This document shows, one piece after another, positions 10,657-21,204 of a stretch of 36,343 nucleotides of DNA (its first letter is position 1; every line of letters begins with the position of its first letter). Origin of the DNA: Gammaproteobacteria bacterium (GTDB lineage: Bacteria > Pseudomonadota > Gammaproteobacteria > GCA-001735895); the NCBI GenBank assembly GCA_050298595.1, contig JBNKUM010000082.1, positions 1 to 36,343 on the forward strand. The letters run 5' to 3'. A program made the position numbers and the translations under genes. The notes beneath the pieces are model-generated. The model was not told the DNA's origin. It did no database searches and saw only the letters and a program-made list of their open reading frames with translations.

Positions 10657-12291
10657 TTAGACCTTCAGGATACCAACCGCCTTATGCATCTTACTCGCCT
10701 GCTCTTCCAGCTCCCTGGATAGGGCCAGCAAACTATTGGCTGCAGTTGCATTCTCTTCCGACATCTGGGAAACCTGCTCGGTACTCTGGGCCAGATCGGT
10801 GGCCGCAGCATTTTGCTCCTTTAATGCTAAAGCAATGTCGTCTATGGCCTTCACCATATCATCAAAGCTCGAATGTATCTTTTGAATCGATACCTTGGCG
10901 ATTTCAGCATCACCCGCCCCCAGATTGGTGGTCTGAACGACCGTGTCCATACCCGACAGGGCACGTGTTGCCACTTCACCGATCTTGTCGGACATTTCAT
11001 TGATTTCACTGGTAGCCTCACTGGTACGCTCAGCCAGCTGTCGCACCTCGTCTGCAACTACCGCAAAACCACGCCCCTGTTCTCCTGCACGTGCCGCCTC
11101 AATGGCTGCATTTAATGCCAGAAGATTGGTCTGCTCAGCAATTCCCCTGATCACCTGAACAATATCACTGATGCGCGAGGCATCCTCACTCAGACGCGAT
11201 ACATCTCCTGAGGCCTTTTCGATTTCATGCGCCGTATCCATCAGGCTATTCGCTGTCTTGTTGACTACCTGCACACCTTCGTTAGCTGTCTCCTGTGAAC
11301 CATCAGCAATTTTTCTAGCTGTGTCCCCCTGGTCGCTTATTTGAGTCGTGGATACACTGAGCTCTTCAATCGCAGCTGCCATATTAGCTACTGCATCTGA
11401 CTCCTGATTGACATTACTCGAAATCTGGGTAGCTGAAGTAGCCAGGGTTTGCGCCATTCCGCCCACTTGATCAGCATTTTGTTTTAGTGTTTCGATGATC
11501 CCACGCAATTTTTCCTGCATAAGATAGGCATGCTCTAGCAGACTACCCTCTAAAGATGCCTGTGAGGGGAGATTAGAAAAATCACCCTCCGCCATCGTGT
11601 TAACCACCTTGGCAACCTCGCCCGGATCACCACCTATGATTTTGATCACATTTCTACCAACCAGAAACAAGGCAATGGAGATAAATCCACCGATACAACC
11701 ACCCCACAACAGAAACTTAAGGGCATTACGATTGAATATTTCATCAACATCATCTATGTAGAGACCAGTACCTACAATCCAGCCCCAGGAATCGGTCCCC
11801 TTAACATAGGATATTTTCTCTACAGGCTTATCATTACCGGGTTTTGGCCATAGATAATTGACAAAGCCAGCGCCATTGGCCTTTACTGTTTTGACAAATT
11901 CAACAAACAGCGGCGTATCGTTTTCATCTTTAATTTGCGACAGGTCCTGTCCATCGAGTTGCGGTTTAATTGGATGCATAATCATTCTGGGTTGCATATC
12001 ATTTATCCAGAAATATTCGGTATTTTCATAGCGCATTTCACGCAGGGTATCCATAGCGAATTTCTGCGCCTGCGCTTTATCCATCTTTCCTTCATCGGCC
12101 AGTTTTTCGTATCGAGTAATAATGGAATGGCCGGCTTCAACCAAACTGCGTACCTGAGCTTTACGATCTAACATCAATTGCTCTTTTTCATTCGATAGCA
12201 GGACAGTGAATAAAATGATAAAACTTAAAATCGTTATGACAGTTAGACCACGTAGCTTGGCTTGAAGCGATAAATTTAGATCAGTAATCAT
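10657..12291 (-). CDS. Methyl-accepting chemotaxis protein with a periplasmic single Cache (sCache_2-like) domain
   Basis: Two TM segments flank EYFWIND...MIMHP...[17 protein letters not shown]; signalling hairpin [37 protein letters not shown]. Confidence 0.95.
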   Translation of the reverse strand: MITDLNLSLQAKLRGLTVITILSFIILFTVLLSNEKEQLMLDRKAQVRSLVEAGHSIITRYEKLADEGKMDKAQAQKFAMDTLREMRYENTEYFWINDMQPRMIMHPIKPQLDGQDLSQIKDENDTPLFVEFVKTVKANGAGFVNYLWPKPGNDKPVEKISYVKGTDSWGWIVGTGLYIDDVDEIFNRNALKFLLWGGCIGGFISIALFLVGRNVIKIIGGDPGEVAKVVNTMAEGDFSNLPSQASLEGSLLEHAYLMQEKLRGIIETLKQNADQVGGMAQTLATSATQISSNVNQESDAVANMAAAIEELSVSTTQISDQGDTARKIADGSQETANEGVQVVNKTANSLMDTAHEIEKASGDVSRLSEDASRISDIVQVIRGIAEQTNLLALNAAIEAARAGEQGRGFAVVADEVRQLAERTSEATSEINEMSDKIGEVATRALSGMDTVVQTTNLGAGDAEIAKVSIQKIHSSFDDMVKAIDDIALALKEQNAAATDLAQSTEQVSQMSEENATAANSLLALSRELEEQASKMHKAVGILKV

Positions 12292-12908
12292 GACTTTCTC
12301 GTATTATTTATCAGTTGGGCCGAACCAAATAAAAAATCTCGGTCCAAGGTTTATTTATGATATTTGGAATCTGGTAGCTTATATTTGGTTTTAGGTTCAG
12401 CTATTCCCGTCATGATCCAAAATCAACCTCTCATTTAGATTCTTATTAGATAACCTTATTAACAAGTTTAGCTTGTTATAGGTAATTATCTATATGAGTA
12501 ACACGAAGCCATGCATCTGAAAATCTACCTATCAGGTGATTCCTTCTGGCAATGCTGTTTCCTTTCACACAGTGCGAAATGCAGGCAATAGCCTTCCTGC
12601 GCCAGATCTTCTGGCCAGAACGCTGTCATATCATCAGTAGTAAGCTGCCTGATCTGACTTTTTACAACAGGAGGCCAGGGCCGATGCATAGGTGCATAAA
12701 AAGATAAATCGACTGTAATCCTCTACGAAACAGTGAGTTACAATCCAATGTGAGCGGTTATCTGCGTAATCAGGGTTTAATGCTTTTATTCACAAATCAC
12801 TTTTATTTCTGAATCTAATGATGATGCTTTCGATTCAATACGCTAATCGTGTAAACTTTGATCCATTCCAGTAATAACTGGCATACATCTTCGGAAAATA
12901 TCTGCTTC

Positions 12909-13787
12909 ATGAAACAAATCGATCGAATTCTACACTTTATCATTAATAACAGTCCTATCCGTGGACAACTGGTCAGGCTGGATAACAGCTGGCAGCAATG
13001 TCGTAAACATCTTGATGCAGATGACTTTTCTCAAAAACTTCTGGGGCAGGCTTTAAGCGCCGTCACCTTACTGGCAAGCACACTTAAGCTACAGGGGGGG
13101 CATATCACCTTGCAGATTAGGGGACAGGGCGCGGTACATCTGCTGGTCGCTCAGGCCACCAGCGCAAAAACCATACGTGGTCTGGTTCGACAGAATAGTA
13201 CGGTAAAGGATGAATCAGCGCCTCTGGCTGAAATTTTTCAGGCTGATAAAATGGTAATCACCATCGATAATGGAAAAAGCAAGCCACATCAGGGTGTAGT
13301 GCCACTGATTGGAAACAGTATTGAAAAAGCCCTGGATGGCTATTTTGAGCATTCGGAGCAATTACCCACGAGACTTTGGTTTTCCAGCAACTCCGAGACC
13401 AGCGCCGGTCTGATATTGCAAAAAATGCCCGGTCAAATTGAGGATGAAGATGCCTGGAACCGTGTCTTGCAGCTGGCTTCAACGCTGAGCGATAAGGAGC
13501 TGTTGACCCTGTCGCAGGAGGAAATACTGTTCCGCCTGTTTCATGAAGAATCAGTCCAGATATTTGATCCCGAGACCATCGAGTTTGCCTGTAACTGCTC
13601 AACACAGCGGACGGCCGAAGTCATTAAGGCACTTGGATATCAGGAAGCTCTGGCAATTCTTAAAGAACAGGGGGATATTCATATTAATTGTGAGTTTTGT
13701 AACGCAGACTATTATTTTGACTCTATTGATATCGAACAATTGTTCAACCCTACTGCTGATTTCGAATTCAACCAGACGCTGCATTAA
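12909..13787 (+). CDS. hslO: Hsp33 redox-regulated chaperone
   Basis: IRGQLVRL, YFEHSEQLPT, LFRLFHEE and Zn motif CNCS...CEFC; start taken at ATG 12909 (MKQID). Confidence 0.93.
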   Translation: MKQIDRILHFIINNSPIRGQLVRLDNSWQQCRKHLDADDFSQKLLGQALSAVTLLASTLKLQGGHITLQIRGQGAVHLLVAQATSAKTIRGLVRQNSTVKDESAPLAEIFQADKMVITIDNGKSKPHQGVVPLIGNSIEKALDGYFEHSEQLPTRLWFSSNSETSAGLILQKMPGQIEDEDAWNRVLQLASTLSDKELLTLSQEEILFRLFHEESVQIFDPETIEFACNCSTQRTAEVIKALGYQEALAILKEQGDIHINCEFCNADYYFDSIDIEQLFNPTADFEFNQTLH

Positions 13788-13799
13788 TCGACTTTTAAT

Positions 13800-14138
13800 A
13801 TGAATATATCCCGCATTACCTCTACCCGTATCATGAGCAAGGCACTTCATCAACAACATACTTGCCTGCTTGGATTGATAGAGCCCTCTGGTTCGATTTA
13901 TATCTGCGAAAGCGAAGAGGAGATGGAAAGAAAAATGCACGAACATCAGGCAGCGGTCATTTTTTATAATCAGCATACTGACGCAATACATTTTATTGAA
14001 TCTCACCCATTAGATGAGGGCCGGATTAGTATAGAAATATTCCAGGATATTGAAGGTGTGTTTGGTCTCAGGGCCTATCAAATGAATGACAGGATGCAAC
14101 AACCTGTTAACCTTATGTTTGAAGAAAGTCTGGATTAA
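13800..14138 (+). CDS. Hypothetical protein, possibly a degenerate MPN/JAB (M67) fold without the JAMM motif
   Basis: Segments CLLGLI, IFYNQH and IEIFQDIEGVFGLRAY align by eye with E(I/V)CGLI, AIYHSH and IISLNTKGVLEMRGF of gammaproteobacterial Mov34/JAB proteins; 12 bp after hslO. Confidence 0.5.
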   Translation: MNISRITSTRIMSKALHQQHTCLLGLIEPSGSIYICESEEEMERKMHEHQAAVIFYNQHTDAIHFIESHPLDEGRISIEIFQDIEGVFGLRAYQMNDRMQQPVNLMFEESLD

Positions 14139-14182
14139 CTTGCTCGATCTATACTGCTGGACTGTAAATACCAGATGAAAAA

Positions 14183-14497
14183 ATGAAAAACGTCCTATTT
14201 TTTAGCATCGCTTCACTTTTAACCTCACAAGCCTGCGACGCTGACGAATTCAATAGCCCCCAGCTAACCACAGGTAAGCAACTGTATGAATACCATTGCT
14301 CCGTCTGTCATCAACTGGATGGGCATGGCAATTCAGAGAGTGGATACCCGCCCATCATTCATACGACTTTAAGATCCTGGCAAATACGCCATAAAATAAA
14401 CGGCGATGAAACTCTGGATGGAAAAATGCCGACATTCAAGGACATCTCAAAATCAAAAGCTAAATTGATTTCTAATTACATCAAGACATTGAAATAG
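14183..14497 (+). CDS. Monohaem c-type cytochrome
   Basis: Signal peptide, GKQLYEYHCSVCH (CxxCH), distal Met in GKMPTF. Confidence 0.85.
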   Translation: MKNVLFFSIASLLTSQACDADEFNSPQLTTGKQLYEYHCSVCHQLDGHGNSESGYPPIIHTTLRSWQIRHKINGDETLDGKMPTFKDISKSKAKLISNYIKTLK

Positions 14498-14533
14498 TAT
14501 TCTCTTAGTTAATCATCAATTAGGGTCAGCTTC

Positions 14534-15406
14534 ATGGTATGGCAATTAATCAGCATAGTCTTTCCGATCTTTGCCATCGTTTTGATAGGTTACCTGTACG
14601 GTCGCAAACACTCCCCGGATATGGCTGCGGCCAACAAACTGAACATCGATATCTTTGTTCCTGCGCTGATATTCGATGTACTCACCGCTAATAATTTTAA
14701 TCTCCCAGAATATCAGTCACTCGCTATAGCGGGGGTAGTTGTTATCCTCGGTGCCGGATTTGTAGCCTGGCCGGTTGCACGGTTTTTCGATTATGAATTC
14801 AAAACTTTTGTACCGCCGATGATGTTTAACAACTCTGGCAATATGGGGCTACCCTTGATGTTATTCGCTTTCGGTAAACAGGCCCTTCCAGCTGCTGTGG
14901 TGCTATTTCTGATTGAAAACTTTCTACATTTTAGCGTTGGGATGAAAATCCTTAATCGCTCGGCTTCGTTAATAGCGATGCTAAAAATTCCGATGATATT
15001 TATCACTATTGCAGGCCTGACTTTTTCATTCATGCACTGGAGCCTGCCGCCCTTACTTTCCACCCCAATTAAAATGCTGGGACAGATATCTATCCCACTG
15101 ATGCTATTTGCGCTGGGTGTACGTTTAATTCATATTGACTGGAAAGACTGGAAAATTGGTCTAGCCGGGGCAATTGTCAGTCCGTTAAGTGGATTAGTCT
15201 TTGCTTTACCCATTGGCTATTTTCTAAACCTCACGCAGATGCAATATACCATGCTTATAGTATTCAGCGCCTTGCCCCCGGCAGTGTTAAATTATATGGT
15301 AGCTGAGCGCTTCAACCAGCAACCAAGACAGGTTGCGTCAATTGTTATGCTGGGTAATCTGGGCTCGATAATTGTGATACCTTTGGTACTAGCACTTACA
15401 CTTTAG
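14534..15406 (+). CDS. AEC (auxin efflux carrier) family transporter
   Basis: About 10 TM segments; FNNSGNMGLPL, IPLMLFALG and LPPAVLNY motifs. Confidence 0.88.
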   Translation: MVWQLISIVFPIFAIVLIGYLYGRKHSPDMAAANKLNIDIFVPALIFDVLTANNFNLPEYQSLAIAGVVVILGAGFVAWPVARFFDYEFKTFVPPMMFNNSGNMGLPLMLFAFGKQALPAAVVLFLIENFLHFSVGMKILNRSASLIAMLKIPMIFITIAGLTFSFMHWSLPPLLSTPIKMLGQISIPLMLFALGVRLIHIDWKDWKIGLAGAIVSPLSGLVFALPIGYFLNLTQMQYTMLIVFSALPPAVLNYMVAERFNQQPRQVASIVMLGNLGSIIVIPLVLALTL

Positions 15407-15416
15407 GCAAGGTGAT

Positions 15417-16013
15417 ATGAAAATGAAAAGATGGATAGACCCCGTCGTTTTACTCGGTAAGCACGCTACTCTGGAACCTATGCAACCACGTCATGTTGAG
15501 GGTTTAAAAGCTGCTACACGTGATGGACAGCTGTGGAAATTGTGGTACACATCAGTACCTTCACCCGAACAAACCGAACAGTTTGTGGAATATGCCCTGA
15601 TGCGCAGAGATAAATTTGGTGAAATGCCCTATGTCATTCATGAGCATAAAACCAATAAGGTCGTTGGCAGCACTCGCTTTATGAATGTCGATGAAAACAA
15701 TCATCGACTGGAAATCGGACATACCTGGTATGCACAGACTTATCAACGCAGCCCAATCAATACCGAATGCAAACTACTGTTGCTCACGCATGCGTTTGAA
15801 CAACTGTCTTCTATCGCGGTTGAATTTCGCACCCACTGGATGAACCGCCGATCCCGAAAGGCAATTGAACGTCTGGGTGCAAAACAGGATGGCGTTTTAC
15901 GTAATCACCAGAAGTCACCTGATGGCGAATACCGGGACACCGTTATTTATTCAATTATAGAAAGTGAGTGGCCTACCGTAAAAAGGCATCTGCGTTACCT
16001 GTTGGGTGATTAG
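15417..16013 (+). CDS. GNAT acetyltransferase, RimJ/RimL-like
   Basis: VGSTRF, LEIGHTWY, INTECKLLLLTHAFE, SRKAIERLGAKQDGVLRNH. Confidence 0.9.
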   Translation: MKMKRWIDPVVLLGKHATLEPMQPRHVEGLKAATRDGQLWKLWYTSVPSPEQTEQFVEYALMRRDKFGEMPYVIHEHKTNKVVGSTRFMNVDENNHRLEIGHTWYAQTYQRSPINTECKLLLLTHAFEQLSSIAVEFRTHWMNRRSRKAIERLGAKQDGVLRNHQKSPDGEYRDTVIYSIIESEWPTVKRHLRYLLGD

Positions 16014-16295
16014 GCAGGCAACATAAAATTACCTGATTACAAAAGCTCACCATTGAGATCACTGATATTAAAAAGTTTATCTTTAGATTTCATAAGGTTT
16101 CTCAAGTATCAAAACTGGTTATTCGATTAAAATAGGGTCATAATCTAGCAAACTTTTCCTCTCTTTGGCCTCCGTGTCCTCTGTGGTAAAAACATTCTAA
16201 ATATTGAAATGGCTGAAACTTTAGGGCAAACAGGTAAAATTAATTTAAGCTCAACGCATAAAAGATTGTATTTAAAATGAACAAGGCACAGCATT

Positions 16296-16703
16296 ATGGA
16301 ATATAAAGACAAAATCCCATCTAAAACCGAATTTTATCCTCTGTATACACAGTCTGGCTGGAATGAACGCTTAAACCTGAGCCCGGATGAACTCGAAAAA
16401 GCCATTCACAACAGCTTCGCCGTTGTCTCAGTTTATGAAAATAACAAGCTCATCGGCTTTGGCCGCGCAGTTTCAGATGGCATTGCTTATGCCACCATAT
16501 ATGATGTGATGGTATTACCCAACTGGCAGGGACAGGGTATCGGCAGCCAGATAATTCGAATTCTGGTGAATAAATGTGAGCGCTACGATATCCGTAGAGT
16601 ACATCTGTTTGCAGCTAAGGGTTCAGAAGCTTTCTATAACCATCTGGGCTTTGTTGCTCGTCCTTATGACTCACCAGGCATGGTTTACGAAAAAGTAAGT
16701 TAA
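16296..16703 (+). CDS. GNAT family N-acetyltransferase
   Basis: LIGFGRAVSDG, DVMVLPNWQGQGIG acetyl-CoA motif, FYNHLGF. Confidence 0.9.
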   Translation: MEYKDKIPSKTEFYPLYTQSGWNERLNLSPDELEKAIHNSFAVVSVYENNKLIGFGRAVSDGIAYATIYDVMVLPNWQGQGIGSQIIRILVNKCERYDIRRVHLFAAKGSEAFYNHLGFVARPYDSPGMVYEKVS

Positions 16704-16714
16704 GACAGGATTTA

Positions 16715-19700
16715 TTAATATATCTGACGGATGTATATATGCCGCGCATCGCCGTTATAGATACCAAAAGTCGCACTTGCTGATGGATCATTATCAAAAT
16801 TTCCATCTGTATCCCAGTCGTACCTGAGCCATTTATTCTCATTTGCCCCACCGCTTAACAATGCACTCAAGTCAATCGTACCAACGTTATCTGCTCCCGG
16901 TGACGTTAATGTTACACCCAGTACCCCTGCAACCGCGACAGGGTTAATTACCGATATAGTGGATGCATTCGGCGTGACCAGATTATCTGCTATCGTGATT
17001 AAATCAGCTTTATTGAATTGTGTGCAGCTATCATCAGTATTCAGTTGATAACCGGTGTTGGTTAAATATTCCACTATCATCGGCATCTGCAAGCTCGTCA
17101 GTTCCGAGCCATAGGCATTCGACATCCTGATTCTTCCAAAACGCTGATTATTACCCACCAGATTGATACTCTGTGACACAACAGTTGTTACCTCTCCATC
17201 GGTGATCTGGCTGATGAGAGGATCTATATCAGCCACAAATGGGGGCACTTCACTGTTTGCCAGTTTGATGTAAGCATTATTGGTAACACTATCGCCATAA
17301 CGAAACAGGTCAGCTCCAAGCGTATATTTGACAGTTCCGTCATTATTGGCAACAAAAGCCATAGGCTGAGGGGTATAGGCAACCAACAATGGATTTGCAT
17401 CAGTCCCTATTGTGCTGCTGTCCTGAGAAACATCGATGGTCAAGCTGTTTGCGTTCAGTTTTACGTAGTTACCCCGATAATTTTCAGTAATAGCAGAGAG
17501 CGCATTTAATGCATTTACCCGCAAAACCGGGTTCACCGAATAACCAAAGTCCTGACCAATATAGGTAAAAGCGACATCGCTCGAGCAGGTATTATCCAGT
17601 ACCCCGCCATTGGTTACATCGACACTAAAAGCTGCCGGGGTAAACCTGCCGACATAACCGGATTTGGAGACCATACTAGCCGTCTCGCTAGTACCTGCTC
17701 CCAGATAATCTCCATCGCTAATCAGGGCTCTAAGCTCAATGACACCGACATCATTGAATGCTGCGCTGTTGGTACTATCCACGCCATTGGTAAAACCCGT
17801 CAGACTCTGTATCGGAAAATCGGCATCGGCATAACTGCTGACAAAGGGGTCAATCAATATACCCTGCAAATCCACCTGCTCGCCTTCCTGACCGAAGTTG
17901 GGCGTACCCTTATAACTGATCCCGTCGAGACTGACATTGTTATCACCGAGGTTTGCATTATTGGCCGGATTATCGTCATTATGGTTGTCGGGTAGGCCAT
18001 CATTATTACTGTCATCCGCACTGTTCCATAACGCCCCAGCTACATTCACTGTAAACGGCGACCCTGCAGTGGTATAAATCGTATCGTCAAATGTCGATCC
18101 GGCCGGATTGTTAACTGCATCGATATGAAACCCAAAAGGCCGAGATACAAACTGATTACTACTTCCATTCAATGTAATTCCTGTACTGGGCAGGCTAGAG
18201 GATGGCAAGGTGTATTGCGCATGTAGCTGTATTTTGCCGCTATCAGGATAATTCATTACAAATGCAGCTTCGCCGGTGGTACCAAAATCCAGGGTGACCT
18301 TCTGGTAAGTCGGACTGTTGCCATTTATCGCTGTGGATGCGGAAGTGCTACCAAGATACAAGGGGCGTGAACAGCTAGACGGGTTTATACATCCAACCGC
18401 GAGTAGTACATCGGTAGTTCCTTTAAGAACTGTTTCGCAGGCACCCGTTTCGCTATTGGTTTCTACAGCCATTAAGGTTAACGATTGTGAGTTGGGATTG
18501 ATGTTCGATGCTTTACCGGCTATCTGTGTGGCTATTGCATTATTCACTGAATCCGCATAAAAGCGTAAACCTGTATCCTTAAATTCAATATTTCCTGGAT
18601 CCTCAGCACCACCATTGTCAAGATCACTGGCCGTGCCATCAGAGACATCGATATCCATGTGCGGAGCCGTAGTAACACTTTTTTTAGTCAGCCAGAACCG
18701 CACCGAAGACTCACTCCCGCTAAAGCTATACTGATTAGGTGAAGTAAATGTTCCATTACCACTGGCTAATGCCCAACCATCATTGGCCAAAGAGGTAGTC
18801 AATGTAATGGTAGTAAACGAGGGTGGGTTTATCACTCCATGACTGGCATCATGCGCGGTGACAGTTATCAATTCTGCCTCACAAGTTACGCCCGATGTAC
18901 TGTGGGCTATTACATAATGATCTACCCCTGTAACAACGCAGGGATGGGTTTCATTCATAAGAGTATTTATCTGACTGGCAGATAGCACCCCATCGTAAAC
19001 CCTGACTTCATCGATATTGCCGTTAAATCTAAAGTTAGCGCTGGCTTCTCCGGCACTATTATTTTCACCACCAATACTGGCCGCGCCAGTATCGTCGTCC
19101 CAGGTCCCACTATATGTAGAAATTGTTCCACCTGTACTTAATGCTACGGCTGTGCCATTGACAAAAATTTGTCGGGTTTTCGCCGATACGTCATGTACCA
19201 CTGCCACGTGATACCATCGTCCCGCCGTAATTTCAGCATTCTGAGTATCCACTATCACTGGATTTACACTTCTTGAAAAAAATCTTAATTGACCATTTCC
19301 ACCATCCCCGAGACTTAATCCAAATCCATTTGAATTATTCTGATCATCCACAAAAATTCGTTGATTGTTTCCTGTCTCATTGGCATATATCCAGGTCGTT
19401 ATCGTAAAGCTACCGGTTAATTTAGGCATGCCAGATAAATCAACATAGTCATCTGTACCATCAAATGTGCCATATCGACAGGTTCCAGGATCACCAGCAA
19501 TTGCAGGGGTAGCTCCTCCGGTGTTTGCACCATTAACAGCGGTAGCATTTACTGTACCCTGTGAGTCCACAACTTCACCAGATGCTCCACTCCAGCTGAA
19601 CTCATCGAACCTCCATTCGGTCAGTGGCGAATCCAGGCAAACTCTGGGTGAGCCATCATAGTTTTTACCCGCCAATTGATTCGTATAAATTTCGGATACC

Positions 19701-20842
19701 TGTGCATCACTTAGCACTCTGTTAAACACCATGACTTCATCGAGGTCTCCCTCTAGATATTCCGGACTTCCGGCCGTATCCTCTATCCGACCAATGCTAG
19801 AAAAGTTAGTGCCTACATCGCCAGCTCCTGTTGTACCAGTCGCATCCAATACCCCATCAATGTAAATCTTATAAGCGCCATTGGATGAGTCGCGTGTGAG
19901 CAAAACGTGGTGATAAACACCATCATTAATCGCCACGCTGGACTTAGCCGAGGGGGTATCCCATTTTGAGATACCTATATGGCCAGAGGCATCCAGCCAG
20001 CCCCAGAAAATATCATCGCCGCCCCCCGATTGTTCGATTCCAGCAACACCTGGAGCAAGCCAGTTGGTATCATTCCCGGTTTGAGTAGTTTTGATCCAGA
20101 AGCTCATGGAAGCGGTAGTTCGCAATGCTGAAAAGATATCGCCGGATACCAGATAATCGTTTACCCCATCAAACTGACCTGCACGACATACCTGACCCGA
20201 TGCTATGGTGCTGACACCACTCCCAGCACTGATCGATGCATGGTTGGCACCAGAGCTACTGTCTATGACCTCGTTGATGACACCTGTCCAGCTGGGTTCA
20301 TCAAAATGAAAATCCATATCTGGTGCTAAACTAGTACCCGTACACTGGGGGTTTGAAGGTGAGCAATTTCCATTTACCGTCGTTGAGCTGTTGATATTCA
20401 AACTTCCACCGGCAATAACATTGCCCGTAAAACTCCCTTTCTTCGCAAGATCTATATCACCACCTGCACTAATATTGCCATTGAAAACTGCTTCTTTAGC
20501 GATATCAATATTGCCAGTTGCAGAAATATTGCCAGTAAATGTAGTTTCCTTATCTATGTTTACATTACCGTCGACAACCAGGGTTAATTGATAACCGTTG
20601 GTAGTCACTCCTCTAAATTCTTCTAGCAGAATAAAGTCACCCATAATATTCAACGTTATGTCTGAATTAAGTGTAAATCTTGATTCCTTTGGTATTGTAA
20701 TACTGTTGCATGTGTATGAAGTTCCACTACCTGAACAATTAAACGGACTACTGGCTAACGCAGAGGGGAGAATATAAGTCGCTGCAAAAGCATTCGAATA
20801 CCCGACCAGCATTAAGAAGAGAATAGAAAAGTTTTTTTTCAT
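16715..20842 (-). CDS. MshQ-like (DUF6701) secreted adhesin with N-terminal beta-solenoid repeats and two LamG domains
   Basis: Signal peptide; 18-aa GNxxI repeats; two LamG/ConA modules (FDExSWxG..., GxxDEVxV). MshQ-type C-terminal motifs FVSRPFGF, VGRFTP, FTYIGQ, RFGRIRMSNAYGSE, WLRYDWD, ATFGIY and YIRQIY. Confidence 0.8.
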   Translation of the reverse strand: MKKNFSILFLMLVGYSNAFAATYILPSALASSPFNCSGSGTSYTCNSITIPKESRFTLNSDITLNIMGDFILLEEFRGVTTNGYQLTLVVDGNVNIDKETTFTGNISATGNIDIAKEAVFNGNISAGGDIDLAKKGSFTGNVIAGGSLNINSSTTVNGNCSPSNPQCTGTSLAPDMDFHFDEPSWTGVINEVIDSSSGANHASISAGSGVSTIASGQVCRAGQFDGVNDYLVSGDIFSALRTTASMSFWIKTTQTGNDTNWLAPGVAGIEQSGGGDDIFWGWLDASGHIGISKWDTPSAKSSVAINDGVYHHVLLTRDSSNGAYKIYIDGVLDATGTTGAGDVGTNFSSIGRIEDTAGSPEYLEGDLDEVMVFNRVLSDAQVSEIYTNQLAGKNYDGSPRVCLDSPLTEWRFDEFSWSGASGEVVDSQGTVNATAVNGANTGGATPAIAGDPGTCRYGTFDGTDDYVDLSGMPKLTGSFTITTWIYANETGNNQRIFVDDQNNSNGFGLSLGDGGNGQLRFFSRSVNPVIVDTQNAEITAGRWYHVAVVHDVSAKTRQIFVNGTAVALSTGGTISTYSGTWDDDTGAASIGGENNSAGEASANFRFNGNIDEVRVYDGVLSASQINTLMNETHPCVVTGVDHYVIAHSTSGVTCEAELITVTAHDASHGVINPPSFTTITLTTSLANDGWALASGNGTFTSPNQYSFSGSESSVRFWLTKKSVTTAPHMDIDVSDGTASDLDNGGAEDPGNIEFKDTGLRFYADSVNNAIATQIAGKASNINPNSQSLTLMAVETNSETGACETVLKGTTDVLLAVGCINPSSCSRPLYLGSTSASTAINGNSPTYQKVTLDFGTTGEAAFVMNYPDSGKIQLHAQYTLPSSSLPSTGITLNGSSNQFVSRPFGFHIDAVNNPAGSTFDDTIYTTAGSPFTVNVAGALWNSADDSNNDGLPDNHNDDNPANNANLGDNNVSLDGISYKGTPNFGQEGEQVDLQGILIDPFVSSYADADFPIQSLTGFTNGVDSTNSAAFNDVGVIELRALISDGDYLGAGTSETASMVSKSGYVGRFTPAAFSVDVTNGGVLDNTCSSDVAFTYIGQDFGYSVNPVLRVNALNALSAITENYRGNYVKLNANSLTIDVSQDSSTIGTDANPLLVAYTPQPMAFVANNDGTVKYTLGADLFRYGDSVTNNAYIKLANSEVPPFVADIDPLISQITDGEVTTVVSQSINLVGNNQRFGRIRMSNAYGSELTSLQMPMIVEYLTNTGYQLNTDDSCTQFNKADLITIADNLVTPNASTISVINPVAVAGVLGVTLTSPGADNVGTIDLSALLSGGANENKWLRYDWDTDGNFDNDPSASATFGIYNGDARHIYIRQIY

Positions 20843-21118
20843 ATATTTATACTGCTTGCTAATTTCATCAGTATTTTCATTATCGCGTAGGAAGCTTTAT
20901 TCATTTATTGTTAACGAAAATCTATCAATTTGCCACTGAATCAATTATTTAGCGCAATTATCGACAATTGATACACAAACAACATCACTTTATGCCAGTT
21001 TTAAATTTTCCGTTTGAATTTACTACATAAACCAGGCCATCAAGTTCGAAAACCTTTCCAGTACAGCAATTCTTGATGGATTTCAATAAATCCTCATTAC
21101 TTTAGCTCAAATTATTTC

Positions 21119-21149
21119 ATGTTGCAGCGCAACATGTGATCCAGGTCAA
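21119..21149 (+). promoter_or_regulatory. Palindrome ATGTTGC-N3-GCAACAT abutting an FNR-like box
   Basis: 21119-21135 has perfect 7-bp arms. 21136-21149 is GTGAT-ccag-GTCAA. A candidate -10 TAAACT at 21172-21177 puts the FNR centre near -41.5. Confidence 0.5.
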
Positions 21150-21204
21150 TTCATTTCTGTTGATAAGCGCATAAACTCTCCGCTCTTTTGACTGGGGGAA
21201 ACTA

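Noticed and set aside
12292-12908. AT-rich 600-bp intergenic region as a replication origin or hidden gene
   Set aside because: Only one DnaA-box-like 9-mer (TTATTCACA near 12786) and no iterons. A 54-codon minus-strand ORF has no recognisable features. Divergent promoters are a sufficient explanation.
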